Assembly: GCA_019244185.1 (NCBI GenBank)
Contig: JAFATB010000010.1
Coordinates: 32,001-96,000 of the forward strand
Length of the DNA stretch: 64,000 nucleotides
DNA from: Acidobacteriota bacterium
Lineage (GTDB): Bacteria; Acidobacteriota; Thermoanaerobaculia; Gp7-AA8
Direction: 5' to 3'
In this document: piece by piece, positions 29,482 through 38,700 of the stretch
Numbering within the stretch: the first letter of the stretch is position 1
Layout of the letters: the number at the start of each line of letters is the position of its first letter
Program-made: the position numbers and the translations under genes
The notes under the pieces: generated by a model
Told to the model about the DNA's origin: nothing
Seen by the model: only the letters and a program-made list of their open reading frames with translations
Databases searched by the model: none

Positions 29482-30887
29482 CGGCGCAGTTCGGAATGAT
29501 CGGCCTCGCGGTGATGGGGTCGAACCTCGCGCTGAACATCGAGGAGCACGGCTTCTCGGTCGCCGTCTGGAACCGCGAGCCGGATCGCACCGACAAGTTC
29601 ATCCGCGACAACGCGGGGAAGAAGTTCACCGGCACGAAGACGCTCGAGGAGTTCGTCGCCGCGCTCGCACGTCCGCGCCGGATCATGATGATGATCAAGG
29701 CGGGCGCGCCGGTCGACGAGATGCTCGACAAGCTGATGCCGCTGCTCGAGCCGGGCGACGTCGTCATCGACGGCGGCAACTCGTGGTTCAAGGACACGCA
29801 GGCGCGCTCGCAGCGGCTGCTCGAACACGACCTCCACTTCGTCGGCTCCGGCGTCTCCGGCGGCGAAGACGGCGCGCGCTTCGGTCCGTCGCTCATGCCC
29901 GGCGGCACGCGCGAGTCGTGGGAGTCGATCCGCGAGGTGTTCGAAGCCATCGCCGCGCGCAGCGACTCCGGGCCGTGCGTCACGTACTGCGGCACCGACG
30001 GCGCGGGTCACTTCGTGAAGATGGTGCACAACGGCATCGAGTACGGCGACATGCAGCTCATCGCCGAGGCGTACGACCTGCTGCGGCGTGGGTTGGGGTG
30101 CGATGCGGAGGAGCTCGCGCGCATTTTCGACGAATGGAACCGCGGTCCGCTGCAGTCGTTCCTCATCGAGATCACGGCGAAGATCTTCCGCGTGCGCGAT
30201 CCGGAGACGGGCGCGCCGCTGGTCGAGAAGGTGCTCGACAAGGCGGGACAGAAAGGCACCGGCAAGTGGACGGCGCAGGTCGCGCTCGATCTCGCGGTGC
30301 CGATTCCGACGATCGCCGCTGCCATCGACGCGCGCGTGCTGTCGTCGATGAAAGACGAGCGCGTCGCCGCCTCGAAGCTCTTCGACGCGCCGTCGCCGCG
30401 CGCGGTCGAGAGCCGCGAGCAGTTCATCCGCGACGTGCACGACGCGTTGTACGCCGCGAAGATCTGTTCGTACGCCCAGGGCATGGCGCTCATTCAGGCC
30501 GGCAGCCGCGAATGGAAGTGGACCATCGACATGCGCGAGATCGCGCGCATCTGGAAGGCCGGCTGCATCATCCGCGCGAAGTTCCTCGACTCGATCATGC
30601 AGGCGTACGAGCGCGACCCGCGGCTCGCGAACCTGCTGCTCGACGAGCAGTTCCGCGCCGACATCGCGCGTTCGCAGGACGCATGGCGCCGCGCGTCCGC
30701 CTTCGCGCAGACGCACGGCATCCCGGTGCCCGCGTTCAGCGCCTCGCTCGCGTACTTTGACAGCTACCGCACCGCGGAGCTGCCGCAGAACCTGACGCAG
30801 GCGCAGCGCGACCTCTTCGGCGCGCACACGTACCAGCGGAATGACAAAGGGGCGGACGCGCCGTTCGTGCACACGGATTGGGAGTAG
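29478..30887 (+). CDS. gnd: NADP-dependent 6-phosphogluconate dehydrogenase
   Basis: GLAVMGSNLALN, IDGGN, GVSGGEDGA, GHFVKMVHNGIEYGDMQ, QKGTGKWT, QAQRDLFGAHTY. Confidence 0.97.
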   Translation: MTAQFGMIGLAVMGSNLALNIEEHGFSVAVWNREPDRTDKFIRDNAGKKFTGTKTLEEFVAALARPRRIMMMIKAGAPVDEMLDKLMPLLEPGDVVIDGGNSWFKDTQARSQRLLEHDLHFVGSGVSGGEDGARFGPSLMPGGTRESWESIREVFEAIAARSDSGPCVTYCGTDGAGHFVKMVHNGIEYGDMQLIAEAYDLLRRGLGCDAEELARIFDEWNRGPLQSFLIEITAKIFRVRDPETGAPLVEKVLDKAGQKGTGKWTAQVALDLAVPIPTIAAAIDARVLSSMKDERVAASKLFDAPSPRAVESREQFIRDVHDALYAAKICSYAQGMALIQAGSREWKWTIDMREIARIWKAGCIIRAKFLDSIMQAYERDPRLANLLLDEQFRADIARSQDAWRRASAFAQTHGIPVPAFSASLAYFDSYRTAELPQNLTQAQRDLFGAHTYQRNDKGADAPFVHTDWE

Positions 30888-30890
30888 CGC

Positions 30891-32321
30891 TCAGCGCTGC
30901 TCCCGCCACGCCTTGTCCCAGCCGAGCTTCACGGCCGTGCCGAGGTTCACCGTGCCGTCGCTGTTGTACGTACCGTTGTCGATGAGCCGCTTCTTCTGTT
31001 CTTCGTTGAGGTACGCGGGCAGCTTCGCGGTCGGGCTGTCGGGGATGAACTCGACGCCGTCGCGGATCGGCTGAAAGTCTTTGTAGCCGCGGCGCACGCC
31101 GTACACGACATAGGAGAACTCGACGTCCTTCGAGGCTTCGGCTTCGATGTGATCGAGCGACTGCTGCGTCACCGCGACCATCGCCAGCCCGCCGATCGGC
31201 GTGAGGTGCACGGTCATCCCCTCTTCTTCGGTGGTCATGCGGAACGCCTCCGGCACGTCGATGACCGCGCGACCGTGTACGAAGCGTCCGCGTCCACGAA
31301 AATACGTGCCGGCCTCGGGACCCTCGAGCGCTGCAAAGCGAATGACTTTCGTCGCATCCGACGGATGCGGATCGACGAAGAACTTGGTGCCCGACGCCGC
31401 GAGGTCGCCCGCCGCGTAGACCGCGTACGTGTTGTTCGCGAGGTAGCCGCTGCGGAGGATGTTGCCGTTTGCATCGTTGTACGTGCCGCCCACGCCGGCG
31501 GCATTGTTTGTGTTGCCGAGGACTCCGAAGCCGAGCTGGGATTCGCCGCGAACACCTGCCAGATTGCCGATCGCCGTGCCGGAGCGCGCGCCGGAAATCC
31601 CGAGGACGCCGCCGCCGAACCCGGTGGTGCCGGAGTTGAATCCCTTGACTCCCCACGTCGCGCCCGCCGTCGTGTAGCCCATCACGCCGGAACCGTCGGT
31701 GAGATTCAGCGTGGTCAGCGTGCCGAGCACGCCGGTCGTGTAGATGCCGCTCACGCTCGAGCCGTTGATGCCGTAGATCACGCCGCTGTCGTCCATGCTG
31801 CCGGTCATGCGGAAGCTCTTGCCCGCCGGCAGCGTGCCCGCGCCGCCGATGAAGTAGCCGTTGAGATCGATGATGATGTCCGTCGCGCCGCCGGCGAAGA
31901 CGGAGATCTGTCCGCTCGCACCGGTCGCGACGATGGAGGCGTTGGCGACCGGGACGCCGGTGCCGAAGTTCACGGACGACACGTTCGGCCGCGTCGTTCC
32001 CGCCGCCCACGCGGTGATGTAGCTGCCGCTGGCGACGTTGTAGTTCACGATGGTGAAGTTGAGCGAGTACGACTGCGCCGTGAGCGGGAGTCCGGTGCAC
32101 GGCCCCGCGGCTACGTCGTAGGTGCGCGTCTCCAGCGCGGCGTATGAAGGGCCGCCGAACGGGCCGCTCGGATTGCGCGTGTCCACGAGCCGGCACGGCG
32201 TCACCGCCACGAACGCAAGCGCATTCGTGCGCGTGGCCGCCACCGGCCAGTTCTGGAGCGGGATGTTCTGCGCGAAGGCGGAGAGCGTGCTGGCGAGAAG
32301 GAATGAAAGAATGATTCGCAT
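30891..32321 (-). CDS. Secreted protein: PCRLVDTR-type domain, Gly-rich repeats, tail-fibre-chaperone-like C terminus
   Basis: Signal peptide MRIILSFLLASTLSAFA; FVAVTPCRLVDTR..IIIDLNGYF; repeated GVxG; GTKFFVDPHP..LEGPEAGTYFRG. Confidence 0.7.
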   Translation of the reverse strand: MRIILSFLLASTLSAFAQNIPLQNWPVAATRTNALAFVAVTPCRLVDTRNPSGPFGGPSYAALETRTYDVAAGPCTGLPLTAQSYSLNFTIVNYNVASGSYITAWAAGTTRPNVSSVNFGTGVPVANASIVATGASGQISVFAGGATDIIIDLNGYFIGGAGTLPAGKSFRMTGSMDDSGVIYGINGSSVSGIYTTGVLGTLTTLNLTDGSGVMGYTTAGATWGVKGFNSGTTGFGGGVLGISGARSGTAIGNLAGVRGESQLGFGVLGNTNNAAGVGGTYNDANGNILRSGYLANNTYAVYAAGDLAASGTKFFVDPHPSDATKVIRFAALEGPEAGTYFRGRGRFVHGRAVIDVPEAFRMTTEEEGMTVHLTPIGGLAMVAVTQQSLDHIEAEASKDVEFSYVVYGVRRGYKDFQPIRDGVEFIPDSPTAKLPAYLNEEQKKRLIDNGTYNSDGTVNLGTAVKLGWDKAWREQR

Positions 32322-32373
32322 GCGGTGAATTACCGCGTACAGAATCAAGTAAGTCAATCTGTAAAAATGGTAA

Positions 32374-33633
32374 TTACAACTGCGGCTTCAGCCACCCCGC
32401 CATCCGCTCCTTCACGCGGTCCAGCCACGGGCGGCGGATCCACCGCGGGGGCGTGATCTCCTCGCTGCGGGCGAGGTCTTCGAAGAACATCTGCTCCATC
32501 TGCGCGGCCACGCCTTCGTCGTGCACGTTGACGTTTACCTCGTCGTTGAGGCGGAACGAACGGTCGTCGAAGTTCGAGCTGCCGATGGTGGTCCAGACGC
32601 CGTCGACCACCATCGTCTTCGCGTGCATCATCGTCGGCTGGTACTCGAAGATGCGGATGCCGCGCAGAAGGAGTTGCGCGTAAAAGAGGCGTCCGGCGTG
32701 GCGCGCGACGGGGACGTCGGTCGATTCGCCGGGGACGATGACGCGCACGTCGACGCCGCGGCGCACGGCGCCTTCGAGCGCGCGGATGGTGTCGCGGTCG
32801 GGGACGAAGTAGGCGTTCGAGATGTAGATCGAGCGCGTGGCGCTGACGATCGACACGATGTAGAGGAGCTTGACCGCCGACGAGCCTTCGCTCGGCGACG
32901 ACTTCACGACCTGCGTCAGCTGCGTGCCTCGCGGCTCGATGCGGGGGAAGTAGTCGAGCCCCGTCAGCAACTCGCCGCGGCTCTTGACCCAGTTGTCCAT
33001 GAACGCGAACTGCATCTGCGTCACCACCGGCCCTTCGACGCGCACCATCGTCTCGCGCCAGTGCTCGTGCGAGTCGGCGTCGCCCAGCCAGTTGTCGGCG
33101 ATGCCGACGCCACCGGAGAAGCCGACCGTGCCGTCGACGATGAGCAGCTTGCGGTGCGTGCGGTGGTTGACGCGCGAGAGCGTGTACCAGCGCAGCGGAT
33201 GGAACCACTCGACGCGCACGCCGTTGCGCTGCAGGAACTCGACGAGCTCCGGCGACATCGTGGCCGAGCCGACCGCGTCGAGGATCACGTTGACGAGGAC
33301 GCCCGCACGCGCGCGCTCGGCCAGCGCCTGCGCGAAGATCTTCCCGACTTCGCCGTCCCAGTAGATGTAGAACTCGAGGTTGATCGTCTTCTGCGCCGCG
33401 CGGATCGCGGCGAGCATCGACGGGAAAATCTGTACGCCGTTTTTGAGCACGTCGACGCGATTGCCTTCCGACAGCGCCGCACCGGTGAGCGCGTGCATCG
33501 TCTGCAGGAACGCGAGGTCGCGCACGCCGAACTGATGGCGCATGTGGTAGCGCATCGGCACGCGCCGCCGCACCATCGGCAGCGGTGAACGTCCCGGATA
33601 GCGCGGCCGCTTACGCCGGCGGAAGAAGCTCAC
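32374..33633 (-). CDS. cls: Cardiolipin synthase (phospholipase D family)
   Basis: Two HKD motifs (THRKLLIVDG, MHAKTMVVDG), GSSNFDDRSFRLNDE; GTGA overlap with the upstream gene. Confidence 0.9.
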   Translation of the reverse strand: MSFFRRRKRPRYPGRSPLPMVRRRVPMRYHMRHQFGVRDLAFLQTMHALTGAALSEGNRVDVLKNGVQIFPSMLAAIRAAQKTINLEFYIYWDGEVGKIFAQALAERARAGVLVNVILDAVGSATMSPELVEFLQRNGVRVEWFHPLRWYTLSRVNHRTHRKLLIVDGTVGFSGGVGIADNWLGDADSHEHWRETMVRVEGPVVTQMQFAFMDNWVKSRGELLTGLDYFPRIEPRGTQLTQVVKSSPSEGSSAVKLLYIVSIVSATRSIYISNAYFVPDRDTIRALEGAVRRGVDVRVIVPGESTDVPVARHAGRLFYAQLLLRGIRIFEYQPTMMHAKTMVVDGVWTTIGSSNFDDRSFRLNDEVNVNVHDEGVAAQMEQMFFEDLARSEEITPPRWIRRPWLDRVKERMAGWLKPQL

Positions 33634-34145
33634 AGCAGCGGTCCCCGCTTGCCGATCAGCCAGAACACGAGCGCGAGCAGCGCGCCGAACGCGACCACCA
33701 CCACCGCCGCGAGGAACGCCACGATCAGCACCGTCACGAGCGCGATCTCGAACGGCGTGCGCGGCGTGCGGCGGCGGTTCCGGTAGCGCTCGAGCAGCCG
33801 CATGTTCTTCATGTTCTCTTCGAAGAGAAAGTCGAAGACGTCGCCCGCGACCGGCACCGCGCCGATGGCGATGTCGAAGGCGATATTGAAGACCATGCGA
33901 AGAATGATGCGCGCGGGCACGCGATGGCGCAGCGCGCCGACGACGATCCACGTCGAGAGGATGCCGGCGGCGAGATCGCCGATGCCGGGAATGAGGCCGA
34001 GGGCCGCGTCGAGACCGAAGCGGAAGCGCGTGCCCGGGATCGCCACCGCCTCGTCCATCAGCCGCGCGAAACGCCGCAGCGCGACGAGATCGCGCGGGAG
34101 CTTCTCATCCGGCTCGATGACTTCCGGCTCGATGGCCTTTGGCAC
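33630..34145 (-). CDS. DUF4112 domain membrane protein
   Basis: LMDEAVAIPGTRFRFGLDAALGLIPGIGD, GAVPVAGDVFDF..NMRLL. Confidence 0.9.
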   Translation of the reverse strand: MPKAIEPEVIEPDEKLPRDLVALRRFARLMDEAVAIPGTRFRFGLDAALGLIPGIGDLAAGILSTWIVVGALRHRVPARIILRMVFNIAFDIAIGAVPVAGDVFDFLFEENMKNMRLLERYRNRRRTPRTPFEIALVTVLIVAFLAAVVVVAFGALLALVFWLIGKRGPLL

Positions 34146-34224
34146 GCTCAGCCATAATGCAAGAGTCAGGCGAGGCGGCAAGGCATGCGGTATGAGTAAT
34201 GAGTACGCTTCGCGAGCCTGAACG

Positions 34225-35643
34225 ATGAGCGAGGAACCGAAACGCGGCTGGCGGCAGACGTCGATCGAACGCCTGCGCCGCGCCCATGGCTGGATCTGGG
34301 GCTGGCTGACCGATCCGGCCGTGCTGGTCTACCGCCGCCACGGCTCGGGACGCAAGCGCACGCGCGCGCTGGTGGTGGAGTTTTTCCTCTTCGTCCGCGA
34401 GGTCGTGCGCGAGTTTTACAGCGTGCAGGGCACCGCGCGCGCCGCCGCGCTCGCGTACACGACGCTGCTCTCGCTGATCCCGCTCCTGGTCGCGTTCACG
34501 CACATCCTCAACGAGTACTTCAAGAACATCTTCCCCGGCTTCCAGACGCAGATCGACACGATCCTCAACGCGGTCATCCCGTATCAGTCGCCGCAGATCA
34601 CGTATCACCTCGCGCGCTTCGCCGAGAACGCGCAGACCGCCTCGACCCTCGGCGCGATCGCGTTCATGTTCGTCGCCTTCCGTCTCTTCGTCGCCGTCGA
34701 GGCCGCGGTGAACATGATCTGGAAAGTGCGCAGCGTGCGCGGCTACCGCCAGAAGATCATGGCCTTCACGATGCTGTTCTTCTGGGGGCCGCTGCTGATG
34801 GGGCTCTCGTTCACGACCACGACCATGCTCGAGCGCAACCGCTATCTGCGCGTGCTGCTGCAGGGCGACTTCATCTTCACGATCGTGCCGATCGTCGTGT
34901 TGTTCATCGGCTTCACGATGCTGTTCTGGCTCGTGCCGTCGACGAAGGTGCGCATCCAGGCCGCGGCGGCCGGCGCGCTGGTCACGACGACGCTGTTCAC
35001 GCTGGTGCGCTGGGGTTTCGGCGTGTACGCGAACCATCTCGTCAGCGGCCGCCTCAATCTCATCTACGGCACGATCGGACTCGCGGTGATCTTCCTCATC
35101 GCGATCGAGATCATGTGGGTGGTCATCCTCCTCGGCGTCCAGGTGAGTTACGTCTGGCAGAACCTCTACGGCGTCCTGCGCGCGACGCAGCAGCAGGTGC
35201 AGGACGAGCCGCGTTTCGATCTCTACTTCGCGCTGCGCGGCATCATCGAGATCTGCCGCCGCTTCGACCGCCGCGAGGAAGCGCCGTCCGCGTATCGCCT
35301 CGCCGAGCAGTTCGGCTCGACCGACGCGCAGATGGTGCGCGTGCTCCACAAGCTCGAGGAAGCGAAGCTGATCACGCCGACCGGCACGGAATGGATCGGC
35401 TACGTGCCCGCGTGCGATCCCGATCGCATCCTCGTCGAAGAAGTCGTCGCGCACATGGAAGGCATGCAGCGCGCGGTCCCGGATCTCGGCCCGGACGACG
35501 ACGAGCGCGCCGCCGTCGGCGAGCTGTTCCAGCGCCTCAACGCGTGTACGGCCGAGGCGCTCGACCGCACGAGCGTCGGCCGCGTGGTGCGCGAGCTCTA
35601 CACGCCGCGCGTCGCGCGCAGCGAAGATCGCGTCACGCTGTGA
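34225..35643 (+). CDS. YihY/BrkB family protein with C-terminal HTH-like domain
   Basis: AAALAYTTLLSLIPL, VNMIW, IYGTIG..WVVILLGVQVSY; C-terminal wHTH-like segment (LAEQFG..VLHKLEEAKLI). Confidence 0.85.
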   Translation: MSEEPKRGWRQTSIERLRRAHGWIWGWLTDPAVLVYRRHGSGRKRTRALVVEFFLFVREVVREFYSVQGTARAAALAYTTLLSLIPLLVAFTHILNEYFKNIFPGFQTQIDTILNAVIPYQSPQITYHLARFAENAQTASTLGAIAFMFVAFRLFVAVEAAVNMIWKVRSVRGYRQKIMAFTMLFFWGPLLMGLSFTTTTMLERNRYLRVLLQGDFIFTIVPIVVLFIGFTMLFWLVPSTKVRIQAAAAGALVTTTLFTLVRWGFGVYANHLVSGRLNLIYGTIGLAVIFLIAIEIMWVVILLGVQVSYVWQNLYGVLRATQQQVQDEPRFDLYFALRGIIEICRRFDRREEAPSAYRLAEQFGSTDAQMVRVLHKLEEAKLITPTGTEWIGYVPACDPDRILVEEVVAHMEGMQRAVPDLGPDDDERAAVGELFQRLNACTAEALDRTSVGRVVRELYTPRVARSEDRVTL

Positions 35644-35662
35644 TGCATTGAACCGCGTGAGT

Positions 35663-35694
35663 CGAGAGCGGCGACCGGAGGGTCGCCGCTCTCG
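35663..35694. terminator. Strong hairpin between convergent genes
   Basis: CGAGAGCGGCGACC-ggag-GGTCGCCGCTCTCG perfect 14-bp stem; no T tail. Confidence 0.6.
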
Positions 35695-35703
35695 CGTGGA
35701 CGG

Positions 35704-38700
35704 TTAGCGCAGCCGCAGCAGTGCGAGTCCGAAGAGCGCCGCCGCGAGGAAGAGCAGCCCGTACGTGCTCGCGGTTGGAATCACCGCGGCCGACGCCGCT
35801 GCCGCGACGGCGAAGACGGTTGGATTCGTTCCGCCGGCGACGCTCGCGTCATCGGTCACGCCGCTGGTGTCGTTCGTGCCGTTCGCGTCGCTGTCGTACA
35901 TGAACGTACCCTGATTGCTGATGAGCGTTCCCGGAGGCGCAGCGGGATTGATCGTCGCGTGAATGGTGATCGTCACGCTGCCGCCGGCCGCGATTCCGCC
36001 GTTCCACGTCACCGTGTTCGTGGCGACAGTGGCGGTCGCGGTGCCGGATGAAGCGGACGCGTTCACGAGCGTCAGCGCCGCGGGGAGGACGTCGGTGAAC
36101 TCGTTGCCGGAGTTGTTCGTCTGCGCGCTCGCGCCGCTGTTCGTCAGCACGATCGTGTAGGTCACGGTGCTGCCGGCCTGGAAGGTGCCGCTCGCGGACT
36201 TCGTGCCGTGGACGATGACGCTGGTCGGCGCCACGACGTTCGTCGTCGCGGTCGCGCTCTCGTTGCCGGGCGCGGGATCGGTCGTCGCGGACGACACGAC
36301 CGCGGTGTTACTGATGGTCGTACCAGGCGTCACGGCCGCGCCGACGTGCACGACGAGCGTGAAGACGGCGCTGCCGGGCGGCATCGACGCGAGCGTTGCG
36401 GTCACGGTTCCCGTGCCGCCGGCGGCAGGCGTCGTTGCGGACCACGCCGCGGGTTTGCTGAACGACACGAACGTGGTGTTCGCGGGCAACGCGTCGGTGA
36501 GCGAGACGCCTGTCGCGGTCGACGGACCGGCGTTCGTCACCGTAATCGTGTACGTGAGATCGGCGTTCGGCGTCACCGGATCGGGTGTCGCGGTCTTGCT
36601 GACCGCGAGGTCCGCGGTGACCGACGAGCCGACGGTCGTCGCTGTTTTCGCGGTCTCGTTGCCGGTGTTCGGATCGGCGGTCGACGACGTGACCGTGGCG
36701 GTGTTGTTGAGGATCGTACCGCTGGAGACCGACGCACCGACGTGCACGACGAGCGTGAAGACGGCGTTGCCGAGGTCGAAGGAGGCGTTTGTGCAGTTCA
36801 CGGTGCCCGCGGCGCCGACGGCGGGCGTCGTGCAGCTCCAGCCGCCCGGCGATGCGAGCGAGACGAACGTCGTGCCGGTCGGCAGCGTGTCGGAGACGGC
36901 GAGCGTCGACGCGACGCTCGGTCCGGCATTCGCGACCGTGATCGTGTAGGTCAGATCGTTGTCGGGGGTGATCGGATCGGGCGAGCCGCTCTTCGTGATC
37001 GAGAGATCCGCGCTCGCGGCGCCGACCGTCGTCGTCTGCGTGGCCGACTCGTTGCCGGTGTTCGGGTCGGACGTCGACGACGTCACCGTCGCGGTGTTGG
37101 AGAGCACCGTCGCGGGTGCGACCGTCGAGCCGACGTGCACGACGAGCGTGAAGACGGCGTTGCCAGGCGTCAGCACGCCGATGCTGCACGTGATGCTGCC
37201 GTTCGCGCCAACGGCGGGCGTGGTGCACGACCAGCCGCCGGGCGACGCCAGCGAGACGAACGTCGTGCCGGCCGGCAGGGTGTCCGTGAGCTGCACGCTT
37301 GCCGCGTTCGACGGGCCGGCATTCATCGTGGTGATCGTGTACGTCAGGTTCGTGCCCGGCGTCACTGGATCGACGTCATCGGTCTTCGTGATGGCGAGAT
37401 CCGCGGTGGCCGTGCCGAGCGCGGTCGCCGCGGTCGCACTTTCGTTGCCGGGATTCGGGTCGGTGGTGGCCGACGTCACGCTTGCGGTGTTGCTGATGGT
37501 CGTGGTCTGCGCGGCGTCGACGTTCACGACGAGCGTGAACACCGCATCGCCGACGACGAGCGTAGTCGCGTTGCACGTCACCGTGCCGCTCGCGCCGACC
37601 GCGGGCGTCGTGCACGACCAGCCGGCCGGCGACGCGAGCGAGACGAACGTCGTGCCGCTCGGCAGCGTGTCGGTCATCGCCAGTGTCGAGGCGACGCTCG
37701 GGCCGCCGTTCGTCACCGTGATCGTGTAGGTGAGATTGCTGCCCGGCGTGACGGGATCGGGCGTGTCGACTTTCGCGATCGAGACGTCGGCGCTCGGCGC
37801 ATCGACGGTCGTCGACGATGTCGCGCTTTCGTTGCCGGTGTTCGGATCCGCGGTGGCCGAGGTCACGCTCGCGGTATTGCTGATCGTGCCCGTCTGCGCG
37901 GGATCGACATTCACGACGAGCGTGAACGCCGCGTTGCCGGCGGTGAACGATGTCGCGTTGCACGTCACGGTGCCATTGCTGCCTACGGACGGCATCGTGC
38001 AGCTCCAACCGGCGGGAGACGACAGCGAGACGAAGGTCGTGCCGCTCGGCAGCGCGTCGGTGAGCGCGACCGTCGAGGCGACGCTCGGTCCGGCATTCGC
38101 GACGGTGATCGTGTACGTGAGGTCGTTGCCCGGTGTCACCGGATCGGGCGCGTCGGTCTTCGTCACCGAAAGATCGGCGCTGGCCGCGCCGACGGTCGTG
38201 GTCGACGTTGCGCTGTCGTTGCCGTTGTTCGTATCGGCGGTCGAAGAGCTCACGCTTGCGGTGTTGCTGATCGTGGAGCTCGCGGTTGCGGCAGGATCGA
38301 CATTCACGACCAGCGTGAACGACGCGCCGCCGGTGAACGAAGCGATGGTGCACGTGACGGTGCCGCCGTTCCCGACTACCGGCGTCGTGCAGCTCCAGCC
38401 GCCGGGCGACGCGAGCGAGACGAACGTGGTGCCGGCGGGCAGCGTGTCGGTGAGGCTCACCGTCGCGGCCGCATCGGGACCGCTGTTCGTCACTCCGATC
38501 GAGTAGGTGAGGTTGTTGCCCGGCGTCACCGGATCGGGCGAGTCGGTCTTCGTAACGGAGACATCCGCCGCGGGAGCGGCCTTGAAGTTGATGCCGACGA
38601 CCGGCACGCCGGACTGATCGTGCCACACCGAGAACGCGGTCGCCGGCGGCGTGTACGTGCCGGGGAAGAACTGAGCATGACTGACGGCGAAGAGTCGCAC

